A stretch of 64,000 bases of DNA from a virus. Within the stretch, counting starts at the first letter, position 1; every line of letters begins with the position of its first letter. Location: IMG/VR virus record IMGVR_UViG_3300027811_000039, positions 21,149 to 85,148 of that record. One strand, given 5' to 3'. Of the stretch, positions 9,858 to 17,243 are shown piece after piece. A program made the position numbers and the translations under genes. Below the pieces are notes generated by a model. It made no database searches and was not told the origin of the DNA. It worked only from the letters and a program-made list of their open reading frames with translations.

Positions 9858-10088
9858 TTACGCTTCTGCATTTCGCTTTTCAATCCAAGTATCAACTTGT
9901 TTCTCTGTCCATACTGGTCTATTCCCAATATAGGTCGCAGGGCTAGGGATGATGCCACGTTTCCAATAGGTATGGACTTTACGGCGATCCCATCCACCAA
10001 TTCTTTTCCCGAACTCAGTCACTCCAAGCAATTTCGGGATACCCGCTATTTCCTTTTTCATTATATCTTCAATAGTTAATACCTTCAT
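9858..10088 (-). CDS. Excisionase/AlpA-like winged-HTH DNA-binding protein
   Basis: LLGVTEF..RIG.WDRRKV..YWKRG..P.P...GNRPVW...V..W. Confidence 0.65.
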   Translation of the reverse strand: MKVLTIEDIMKKEIAGIPKLLGVTEFGKRIGGWDRRKVHTYWKRGIIPSPATYIGNRPVWTEKQVDTWIEKRNAEA

Positions 10089-10100
10089 TATTTTTCCCTC

Positions 10101-10406
10101 CTATTCATTAACGGCAATAAATCTAAATGTTTTTTTCTCAAAATAATGGTGTATACATTCATCAACAACCATTTCCACATTCCCTTTTATATCCCTAATG
10201 TCTCCAAATATTCTGTCATGTTCCGACTTATTAACTTCTGCAACATGTTCCAATGCCTTTAATATCTGAGTATTTTCCTTGACTTGGATTTCTAAACTAT
10301 CAAATCTAGATTCTAATCCATCAAACCTAGATTCTAAGCTATCAAAACGAGAATTCAATTTTTCAAATTGTACTAATACTAATTCCTGAAATTTTTCGTT
10401 ATCCAT
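10101..10406 (-). CDS. Coiled-coil protein (heptad RFD/LE repeats), paralog 1
   Basis: MDNEKFQELVL...RFDSLESRFDGLESRFDSLE. Confidence 0.65.
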   Translation of the reverse strand: MDNEKFQELVLVQFEKLNSRFDSLESRFDGLESRFDSLEIQVKENTQILKALEHVAEVNKSEHDRIFGDIRDIKGNVEMVVDECIHHYFEKKTFRFIAVNE

Positions 10407-10632
10407 TTTTTATCCCCCTATACATCTCACATTTTCTTTTTGCATACATTTCAATCAGATCATTATTAAAATCTACCAATTCTTTATTCCATGCTTTTAC
10501 TATAGAAATCTCATTATCAATGCTATCAAATCTTTGATCCATCTGTTCAAATCTTTTATCAATAACCAAAAACCTTTTATTCATCTGTGTTAATAGATTT
10601 AATACTAATTCTTGGAATTCATTATTTTCCAT
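10399..10632 (-). CDS. Coiled-coil protein, paralog 2
   Basis: MENNEFQELVL...KRFEQMDQRFDSID. Confidence 0.65.
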   Translation of the reverse strand: MENNEFQELVLNLLTQMNKRFLVIDKRFEQMDQRFDSIDNEISIVKAWNKELVDFNNDLIEMYAKRKCEMYRGIKNG

Positions 10633-10639
10633 ATATACA

Positions 10640-10933
10640 CTATTCCCCTTTAACTATTTCCGTGAAGTCACTCCAATCCTCTACCTTAAATGCTCTTATA
10701 TCCCTAACTGACTTCTTGAACCAATCTATTTTTTGCAATTTATTTATCGCTTTATATACATTCGTTAAATTATTCTGGTCACTAGAAATATACAGACTCC
10801 CTTGTGTCCATGTAAATCCAATCGCCTCTAATTCTTGTCTCACTTCAAGATAGGCATTGCCATATGATTCACCATAATGTTTTTTTAATTCGTCTGTTTT
10901 CATATCAAATGCTATCGCATACAATAGCCTCAA
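10640..10933 (-). CDS. vapD: VapD-family (Cas2-like fold) ribonuclease
   Basis: YAIAFD...Y..AY.E+R..L...GF...QGSLY...[20 protein letters not shown]. Confidence 0.85.
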   Translation of the reverse strand: MRLLYAIAFDMKTDELKKHYGESYGNAYLEVRQELEAIGFTWTQGSLYISSDQNNLTNVYKAINKLQKIDWFKKSVRDIRAFKVEDWSDFTEIVKGE

Positions 10934-11011
10934 CCTCCTTGAGCATTATTTTCTTAATTCAAATGTACCATTTATTGTTTACTATGTCAACAGGATATTA
11001 TTGCCACGCAG

Positions 11012-11401
11012 CTATTCAATATCTTCTGCCCAGCTATCTATCTTTTCAAATGCCAGAATTTTTTCGTCATCAAATCCAGCACCTTCCAATAATCTATATT
11101 CACCTATGATCTCTTGCCCGAACTGCCCCAATATTGCTTGTAAGCTGAATGTCCGTGCTATCCTGCCCCTACCATCCCCCACCTCGGATAACTTTACCCC
11201 TCGCTTTGTTACCTTCACATAAAACCGTTTCTTATCCTTAGAGAAGCCCACATTAATTCTGATCTCTTCCCTATCTGCTTCATCTAGATCCTTTATCAGC
11301 CTAAGCACGACATACCCCGGGAGGTAGCCGATCTTTTTCCTAAGCTTTACCACATCCAAATGCTTCGCCCATGTTATTAATTCTTTGGTGTATGGCTCCA
11401 T
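11012..11401 (-). CDS. Hypothetical protein
   Basis: 129-aa ORF. No family recognised. Confidence 0.55.
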   Translation of the reverse strand: MEPYTKELITWAKHLDVVKLRKKIGYLPGYVVLRLIKDLDEADREEIRINVGFSKDKKRFYVKVTKRGVKLSEVGDGRGRIARTFSLQAILGQFGQEIIGEYRLLEGAGFDDEKILAFEKIDSWAEDIE

Positions 11402-11405
11402 TTAT

Positions 11406-11819
11406 TCACCCCATCTTTGTAAATAAAATTTCAATTTCTGAAATTTTATAATACTCACCATTATAATAAGATTTAGCATTATTTCTTTTTAATAATCTCT
11501 TAACATCCCATGCACCCATGCTAAAATAATGCTTTATATTATTTGCATGAATATATGTTTTATTTGATGGCAGATATGATGAATTGAGGATCGGCGATAA
11601 TTCCACAATATAAAATGCTTCCCTTTCATCTAATTCATTAACATCAACTTCTATATATGAAAAGCTATCAAAATCCTTGTCCCTATGTCCATAAATTCTT
11701 GATACTCCAAACTTGCTTTGGCCTACATAGATTATCTTGTTATCCTTAATCAGAAAATAGATCATCGGTTTTTTATTAATATTTTGTTTTTTATCCAAAA
11801 TATAATTTACCAATTTCAT
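11406..11819 (-). CDS. GIY-YIG-like nuclease domain protein
   Basis: MIYFL....IIYVGQS....SRIYGH...E.E...I..L.P.LN. Start placed at ATG 11819. Confidence 0.6.
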   Translation of the reverse strand: MKLVNYILDKKQNINKKPMIYFLIKDNKIIYVGQSKFGVSRIYGHRDKDFDSFSYIEVDVNELDEREAFYIVELSPILNSSYLPSNKTYIHANNIKHYFSMGAWDVKRLLKRNNAKSYYNGEYYKISEIEILFTKMG

Positions 11820-11855
11820 CCACCTTACTTTTATTATTAATAAGATATATAAACT

Positions 11856-11954
11856 TTGTATAGGTGTATTTTGTATAGGTGTATTTTGTGGGTTCAAATT
11901 CTGCACCCCCCCAGTATAGAATCTGCACCCCCCCAGTGCAAAATCTGCACCCCC
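11856..11954. repeat. Putative replication origin: three iteron-like repeats at 22-bp period plus a 15-bp tandem repeat
   Basis: CTGCAC(5-7) units start at 11901, 11923 and 11945. TTGTATAGGTGTATT occurs at 11856 and 11871, next to an AT-rich tract. Confidence 0.7.
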
Positions 11955-11967
11955 TGTTGATAACTAT

Positions 11968-12357
11968 CTATTTCCTTTCATCCATCATTTCGTTAAATAA
12001 TTTATCTGGACTCAGCATACCTTCCGCAACCATTCTTTCCATTTCCTCTGTGTCATCGTTATATAAAAAATACATAACTTTTTCAAATCCCGGTTTTCCA
12101 GCCTTAACTTTCCATATATAACCATTCTCTTCTAACCACTTCATTCCCGATAAAACGCTATTCTTGCTTAATTTTGTTAGACTTATAAGCTGAGACATTG
12201 CCAACCAATCACCAATTTTTCCCCAACCCCATGTTTTTCTGACTAATATCAAATAACATTTAATAGCAGCAAGATTAGTCATTTTTGGGATATATATATC
12301 AAAAACAACATTTGGGACTTCGGTATAATTTTTCTGTGGTTTTGGTAATCTAAACAT
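11968..12357 (-). CDS. Phage replication-initiator-like winged-HTH protein (lambda O N-terminal type)
   Basis: NYTEVPNVVFD...L.LVRKTWGWGK..DW+AMSQL..LTKLSKNSV..G+.WLE..GYI. Confidence 0.7.
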   Translation of the reverse strand: MFRLPKPQKNYTEVPNVVFDIYIPKMTNLAAIKCYLILVRKTWGWGKIGDWLAMSQLISLTKLSKNSVLSGMKWLEENGYIWKVKAGKPGFEKVMYFLYNDDTEEMERMVAEGMLSPDKLFNEMMDERK

Positions 12358-12377
12358 CTTATTTTTCTCCTTTAATT

Positions 12378-12408
12378 AAAAAAGCCACCTTAGCACAAGC
12401 CAGATAGC
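12378..12408 (-). terminator. Terminator-like hairpin (putative attenuator) immediately before the rep RBS
   Basis: Minus-strand RNA GCUAUC-UGGC-UUGU-GCUA-A-GGUGGC-UUUUUU. RBS AAGGAG at 12372-12367. Confidence 0.55.
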
Positions 12409-12428
12409 AGAAGATCCATAAAATGTCA

Positions 12429-12458
12429 TTGATACCTTGTACTATTACATGGTACAAT
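12429..12458 (+). promoter_or_regulatory. Plus-strand sigmaA promoter antisense to the rep leader
   Basis: TTGATA-18 bp-TACAAT with TG extension, inside an imperfect palindrome. Confidence 0.55.
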
Positions 12459-12464
12459 GGGCAT

Positions 12465-12546
12465 AATGTTATAGGAATCTCTGCACTATTTTGGGTAGTG
12501 CTAAGACGAGAAAACCTTCAAGGACTGAGAATCCTTGGAGGTTTTT
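12465..12546 (+). ncRNA. Putative ~80-nt antisense (countertranscript) RNA
   Basis: Lies between the promoter at 12429-12458 and a 14-bp stem plus T-tract terminator at 12511-12546. Internal hairpin GCACTA-TTTTGGG-TAGTGC. Confidence 0.5.
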
Positions 12547-12564
12547 GCTTTATTCATTTTTGCC

Positions 12565-12573
12565 ATTATATCA
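12565..12573 (-). promoter_or_regulatory. Extended -10 promoter for the rep leader
   Basis: TGaTATAAT on the minus strand, about 200 nt upstream of the rep ATG. Confidence 0.5.
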
Positions 12574-12576
12574 CAA

Positions 12577-12762
12577 TCATGGGACGAGTTGAGTTTTATT
12601 TTTCTCCTTCAACGCTTTCTGGATATAAATCCAATATTCCTTTGATACCACGATAACATTCCCATAATTAGATTCCACTTCAAGTGGCTCATTGGATCTT
12701 ATAACCTCATTTATTTTTCCGAAAAAGTTATCTCTGAACTCAGCTACTGCAATTTTCTCCAT
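12577..12762 (-). CDS. Phd/YefM-family antitoxin-like protein
   Basis: I.VAEFRDNFFG.+NEVI....PL.V....GNV+VVS.EYW. Confidence 0.75.
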   Translation of the reverse strand: MEKIAVAEFRDNFFGKINEVIRSNEPLEVESNYGNVIVVSKEYWIYIQKALKEKNKTQLVP

Positions 12763-12784
12763 CTTCTTTTACTCCTTTACTCTT

Positions 12785-12979
12785 TTACCCCTTTATCTTA
12801 ACTGCTGCAAAAATCATCCTATTAACCCCAATAACCTTTCCTAAAACTTCATGATGTTCATCTTCAAAATGAGTAGGTTCTTTGTATCCCTGTTCCCTAG
12901 CAATTTTTGTATCTTCAAATACATCCTCAATTTTCACTGTCAGAAATCTTGGTGTTTTAATATAATCGCCTTTTTTCAT
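12785..12979 (-). CDS. Hypothetical protein
   Basis: ORF with GAGGGG RBS. Confidence 0.55.
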   Translation of the reverse strand: MKKGDYIKTPRFLTVKIEDVFEDTKIAREQGYKEPTHFEDEHHEVLGKVIGVNRMIFAAVKIKG

Positions 12980-12999
12980 TTCTTTTAAGTTCCCTCCTT

Positions 13000-13269
13000 T
13001 TATGGATTACATAAAATCTCGTCATGGTGCCCACAATTCCTGAAAATAATATTTTCTTTTCCATCTATACTAAATGTAATTCTAATATCCATATTTCCAC
13101 TAATCTCATAAACTCCTCGATACCCTTTGACCTTTTTAAATCTCAAACTATTTGGCAATGGTTCAGAAAACAACTGGACTATCGCCTTATTTATTACCTT
13201 TTGTATTGCTCTATCTAATTTCATATATTGTTTTGTGAAATAATTAGTTCTCTGCAAATCTTTAAACAT
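13000..13269 (-). CDS. RelE/ParE-superfamily toxin
   Basis: RT..F.KQY.KL...SLRFKKVKG..GVYEI...DIRITF...I.FRN.G.HDE. Overlaps the upstream antitoxin gene. Confidence 0.75.
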   Translation of the reverse strand: MFKDLQRTNYFTKQYMKLDRAIQKVINKAIVQLFSEPLPNSLRFKKVKGYRGVYEISGNMDIRITFSIDGKENIIFRNCGHHDEILCNP

Positions 13270-13546
13270 CTGATTTTAACCCATCTAAATGTTTCATTAA
13301 ATTTTCTAGATCCATCGGTTTACTGACTCTTCCCAACCTGATATCTTCATCAGCCTCACGTTCTCCATCTTGCCATTCTTTTGTCCAGAACCATGCTTGG
13401 CTTTTATCAATAACTAGAACTGGTGTAATAATTATCTTTCCATCTTGGACGATAATTTCCAAATTATCCCCTTTCTTTATCTCTAACTCTGCTACAACTT
13501 CTTTTGGTAAAGTTATTTGGGATTTCTCCCTGAGTGTCAGAATCAT
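13262..13546 (-). CDS. AbrB/MazE/SpoVT-family antitoxin
   Basis: LREKSQITLPKEV..EL.IK.GD.LEI...DG.III.P, then QAWFWT.EWQ.GERE. Confidence 0.85.
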   Translation of the reverse strand: MILTLREKSQITLPKEVVAELEIKKGDNLEIIVQDGKIIITPVLVIDKSQAWFWTKEWQDGEREADEDIRLGRVSKPMDLENLMKHLDGLKSDV

Positions 13547-13630
13547 TTCCTTCCCCACTTTCCTACATTCCAACTTTCCTACATTTGCATTGTACTATGA
13601 TTATGATTACTTTGTCAACATGTAAGCAAA

Positions 13631-13657
13631 AGAAAAGGGCCGGATGTTTATCCGGCC
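13631..13657 (-). terminator. Intrinsic terminator ending the structural/lysis operon
   Basis: GGCCGGAT-N4-ATCCGGCC stem followed by CTTTTCTTTT on the minus strand. Confidence 0.75.
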
Positions 13658-13660
13658 TAT

Positions 13661-13945
13661 TTACTTTCCATTCCCATTCCTTGCGACTTCAATTGTTGAC
13701 TTACTGGAAGAATATAAACCACTAGCTGATAATCCAGTAATAATCCCAAGTAATACAGCCATTGGTATATCCTCCTGTGAACTAGGCATGAAAAAATAGG
13801 ATACTAAAATACCCAACACTATATTTGATACTGGGTAATACTTTTTATCCATCCCTAGACTTTTAAATACTTGGGTTATAACTATAATGATAGGGATGAA
13901 AAAAGACATCAATTGCCAATCATTTGCATTAATAAAAATTTCCAT
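13661..13945 (-). CDS. Holin
   Basis: Three hydrophobic segments with P++...+TQV.K...KKY.P...LG...GI+.GL.ASGLYS..K. Start at ATG 13945 with AGGAGG RBS. Confidence 0.75.
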   Translation of the reverse strand: MEIFINANDWQLMSFFIPIIIVITQVFKSLGMDKKYYPVSNIVLGILVSYFFMPSSQEDIPMAVLLGIITGLSASGLYSSSKSTIEVARNGNGK

Positions 13946-13958
13946 ATAGGCCATCCTC

Positions 13959-14258
13959 CTATGGACAAAGAGTAGGCTGCACAACATCAAATGTTCTACT
14001 AGAAGTGAAAACATTTCCAGATGGATAACCAATTCTTACCTCGAATTTATAGACTCCAGTTGTCGGTAAATCGCCAGAAGCTACTTGATATGCTACTTTA
14101 CCACCAGTAGTATTATAAAACATCATGGTATGACTAGTTAATGATTGACCATCATAAATGCATAATGAAGCAGTAGTTGCTCCCGATAAATCAACGACTG
14201 CATCTGAGGGATCAACAATAGTAAAGATTAATAATGCTCCTATGTCATCTACTTTCAC
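13959..14258 (-). CDS. BppU-N-like baseplate/adaptor beta-sandwich protein
   Basis: D.G..L.F.+VD....VDLSGAT...G.V.Y....GDL...G.Y.FEV.+. Confidence 0.55.
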   Translation of the reverse strand: MKVDDIGALLIFTIVDPSDAVVDLSGATTASLCIYDGQSLTSHTMMFYNTTGGKVAYQVASGDLPTTGVYKFEVRIGYPSGNVFTSSRTFDVVQPTLCP

Positions 14259-14270
14259 TCATGTTTCACC

Positions 14271-16727
14271 TCAACTTCTCTCTATCACGACTTGATGATT
14301 AATTTCATTAAATATTTTGATAGTATAATTAATCTTAATATTTATGATCATCGTATTTGGAATTGGTACTGTAAATATAGATACTGCTGGATCAACATGG
14401 ATTAATTTACCTATCATAATCGTTGGATTAGAGACACTAAATATTGCAATTGCTGGCGTTGGATAAAGTACATAATCTACAGTGATTCCATTAGCTGAGA
14501 AATTAGCTACTGCTGGCGTTGGATAAAGTATATAATCTACAGTGATTCCATTAGTTGAGAATGTTGCAGTTGCTGCATCAGGATATATACTTAAAGTGAT
14601 GCCTATCCCATTAGCACTGAAAGTTGCCACTGCTGGCGATGGATAAATAATAAAATCAGCAGTGATTTCATTCGTGCTAAAAGTTGCTACTGCTGGCGTT
14701 GGATATATTACTAAATTTATATCTACATCTTGAGCAGAAAAGATTATTACTGCTGGAGTTGGGTTGATTATTGATATAAGTGTTGGAGGTGGAAGAGATA
14801 ATGTGATAACACTTTCTGTTGCATGTTGAGTTAATCTTATTGTTGGAGTTGCAACGACAAAATTAATAATCGTTGGCATAGCTGTTATGGTCATATTTAC
14901 CTGAATAGAATTCGTGCTAAAATTAGTTACTGCTGGTGATGGATGAATTGTTTGAACATTTCTTACTCCATTTGATGTGAATGTTCCAATCGCCGAATCT
15001 GGATAAATTATTAAGTTATTTTTTACTGAATTTGCAGTAATATTTATCACTGTTGGCGTAGGATAAATTTTAGTTATCGTAACCAATGGACTTTGAGCTG
15101 ATACATTAATGATCTCCGTAGTCGGCTGATATGAAATAGATGTTCTGACTGATCCATTAATTGTTCCATTATTAGATAATGTGGTAGCATTATAGGCTAC
15201 TGTCCCACTCTGTTCATTCAATTTCCAATAACCTTGTAAACCAGAAGTTCCGGGATTGATTTCGCCTAACATGAAATCCTGAATTTGAGTTTGGGTTCGT
15301 GCTATACTCCACAACCTAACTTCATCAATTACGCCCTTGAATCCAAAATTTACTGGGCCACCATTTTCCCATATTGCAAAAAATAGATCCGTGGAACTAT
15401 TTATGATTATAGTTCCGGTAGCTGGTGTAGTAACTCCTACTGCACCATCAATATATAAGATAATATTTGCTCCATTATACGTTATTGCAATATGATGAAT
15501 TTCAGATATTGTCCAAGCGGAAATATTGTATATCTGGAGGACTCCACCAGTTACACTTGTAACAAAAGTAGATCTTAATTCCCCACCATTATTAGGTAGT
15601 GTAAATTGATCTAATGTTCCTCTTTTGTACATTGTTCGTGGTGATCCTGCTGGCTGAGCTGATGGAACGGCATCTAGCCTTATGCGATATTCAATCGTTA
15701 TTGCAGCAGTTGGCTCAATAGATGTTGATCTTGGAACTTGAATATAATTACTAGTTGTACCATTAAATTTATAGGAATAATAAGTCTTTGGTGCAACATT
15801 GAAAACTTGGCGTGGATTGGGAGCTGTGATACTTATGGTAGCTGGACTAGGTTGAATCGTTACAGTCCCTAATATTATCGTTGGATTTTGGGCTGAAAAA
15901 TTAATAACAACAGGATCTGGTAACACAAGGGAATTAGCAACCGATGGGCTTTGAGCAGATATAGCTATTATTTCTGCCTCTGGTTGATACGATATAGACG
16001 TTCTAACAACCGTTCCATTTATATCTCCATCATTGGTTGGAGTATTTGCACTAAATGCTATGGTTCCAGAATCTTCATTTAATTTCCAATATCCAACTAG
16101 TCCAGAAGTTCCGGGATCTACTTCACCTAACATATTGGCAGATATTTGGGGTTGAGTCCGGGCAGTGCTCCAAATTCTTACTTCATCAATCATGCCTTTA
16201 AATGCAAAACTCACTGGGCCACCAGTTTCATAACCACTAAAAAATAAATCGGTGGTGTTATCTGTGCTTATAGTTCCAGTTGCTGGAGAGGTATTTACTG
16301 CAACACCATCAATATATTGGATGATATTTGTGCCGTCATAAGTTATGGCTACATGATGAATTTCCGAAGTTGTCCACGTTGATATATCTGCAATTTGAAG
16401 AACTCCACCTGTTCCATTTGTTGAAAAAACTGATCTAAGCTGACCGCCATCATTGGGCAAAGTGAAAACATCTAGTGTTGTCCTTTTATAAATTACTCTT
16501 GGAGATCCTGTTGGTTGTGCTGCAGTAAGAGCATCTAGCCTCATTCTCCATTCATAGGTTATCGCTGCACTTGGCTCAATAGACGTTGATCTTGGAACTT
16601 GGATGTAATTCGTATTTACACCATTAAATTTATAGGAATAATAAGTTTTTGGTGCGACATTGAAAACTTGGCGTGGATTGGGAGCAGTTATGGAAATACT
16701 TACGGCAGAAGGATTAATTGTTGCCAT
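14271..16727 (-). CDS. Tail fibre/receptor-binding protein: two LamG/ConA-like domains plus 20-aa repeats
   Basis: Duplicated H.A.TYDG...Y.DG...F.G.IDEVR.W...GL.GYWKL.E.SG module at 861-bp period. C-terminal IYP.PA..+FS.N repeats. Confidence 0.75.
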   Translation of the reverse strand: MATINPSAVSISITAPNPRQVFNVAPKTYYSYKFNGVNTNYIQVPRSTSIEPSAAITYEWRMRLDALTAAQPTGSPRVIYKRTTLDVFTLPNDGGQLRSVFSTNGTGGVLQIADISTWTTSEIHHVAITYDGTNIIQYIDGVAVNTSPATGTISTDNTTDLFFSGYETGGPVSFAFKGMIDEVRIWSTARTQPQISANMLGEVDPGTSGLVGYWKLNEDSGTIAFSANTPTNDGDINGTVVRTSISYQPEAEIIAISAQSPSVANSLVLPDPVVINFSAQNPTIILGTVTIQPSPATISITAPNPRQVFNVAPKTYYSYKFNGTTSNYIQVPRSTSIEPTAAITIEYRIRLDAVPSAQPAGSPRTMYKRGTLDQFTLPNNGGELRSTFVTSVTGGVLQIYNISAWTISEIHHIAITYNGANIILYIDGAVGVTTPATGTIIINSSTDLFFAIWENGGPVNFGFKGVIDEVRLWSIARTQTQIQDFMLGEINPGTSGLQGYWKLNEQSGTVAYNATTLSNNGTINGSVRTSISYQPTTEIINVSAQSPLVTITKIYPTPTVINITANSVKNNLIIYPDSAIGTFTSNGVRNVQTIHPSPAVTNFSTNSIQVNMTITAMPTIINFVVATPTIRLTQHATESVITLSLPPPTLISIINPTPAVIIFSAQDVDINLVIYPTPAVATFSTNEITADFIIYPSPAVATFSANGIGITLSIYPDAATATFSTNGITVDYILYPTPAVANFSANGITVDYVLYPTPAIAIFSVSNPTIMIGKLIHVDPAVSIFTVPIPNTMIINIKINYTIKIFNEINHQVVIERS
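14461..15120 (-). repeat. About eleven 60-bp (20-aa) in-frame tandem repeats
   Basis: GGATA recurs at 14461, 14521, 14581, 14641, 14701, 15001 and 15061 (GGATG at 14941), all in a 60-bp register. Confidence 0.8.
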
Positions 16728-16751
16728 ATTCTTCCTCCTTTCCTCAAAGAT

Positions 16752-16786
16752 ATAAAACCCACGATTTTAAATATCGTGGGTTTTAT
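16752..16786. terminator. Terminator-like hairpin
   Basis: Perfect 14-bp inverted repeat ATAAAACCCACGAT / ATCGTGGGTTTTAT. Confidence 0.7.
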
Positions 16787-16808
16787 TTATCGAAAAATAC
16801 TAAGCTAC

Positions 16809-17228
16809 TTATCTTACGTAGGTACATATTTCGCATTGAGTGCAATCCATCTTAGAAAAATTCTTGGGTATGAATGTATTAATCGATGCAAGAGAATCGC
16901 AATAGCTTTGACATTCTGAACTTGTTGCAAATGGATTTCCACTCACAACAACCATATCTGCTGAATCACAATATATTTGGCATCTTGAACTACTCGAAAA
17001 TGCATCTCCACTTATATACCACCAATTAAAAATTACTTGAATTCTGAGATCACTAACAACTTCATCCATTGTACAAATATCATTTATTCTCATACAAGGT
17101 GTGCATCCAGCACTTGACCTATGATAACTACCAGAATGTCCATTGCTTATCAATTCTCCAATTACAACCTCGCACTCACCAATAGTTTTATATGATGCTT
17201 GAGTTTGTGCAAGCCAAAGATTAGCCAA
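16809..17228 (-). CDS. Cys-rich hypothetical protein with internal repeat
   Basis: TTG start after a GAAGGGAG RBS. Repeat SG.[AP]F..SS.CQ.YCDS occurs twice. Confidence 0.55.
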   Translation of the reverse strand: MANLWLAQTQASYKTIGECEVVIGELISNGHSGSYHRSSAGCTPCMRINDICTMDEVVSDLRIQVIFNWWYISGDAFSSSSRCQIYCDSADMVVVSGNPFATSSECQSYCDSLASINTFIPKNFSKMDCTQCEICTYVR

Positions 17229-17243
17229 TTTTTCTCCCTTCTT

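Larger units (their letters stand above)
1365..13619 (-). promoter_or_regulatory. Eighteen sigmaA-type promoters whose -35 box sits in a 15-bp palindrome (GTAGAC-N3-GTCTAC consensus)
   Basis: Sites start at 1365, 2022, 2364, 2618, 3094, 3716, 4115, 4550, 5833, 6144, 7266, 7450, 8214, 8821, 9131, 9793, 10977 and 13605, all intergenic. On the minus strand T(T/G/A)GACA is followed by a TA(C/T)(A/T)AT-type -10, usually TG-extended. The spacer was 17-18 bp in the six sites measured. Confidence 0.85.

Noticed and set aside
10640-10933. cas2 gene / CRISPR locus
   Set aside because: The motifs fit VapD, which shares the Cas2 fold. There is no cas1 or array nearby.
11820-11906. N-terminal extension MQNLNPQNTPIQNTPIQ of the GIY-YIG-like ORF
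   Set aside because: It is a translation of the iteron and tandem repeats, with no RBS. The start was moved to 11819.
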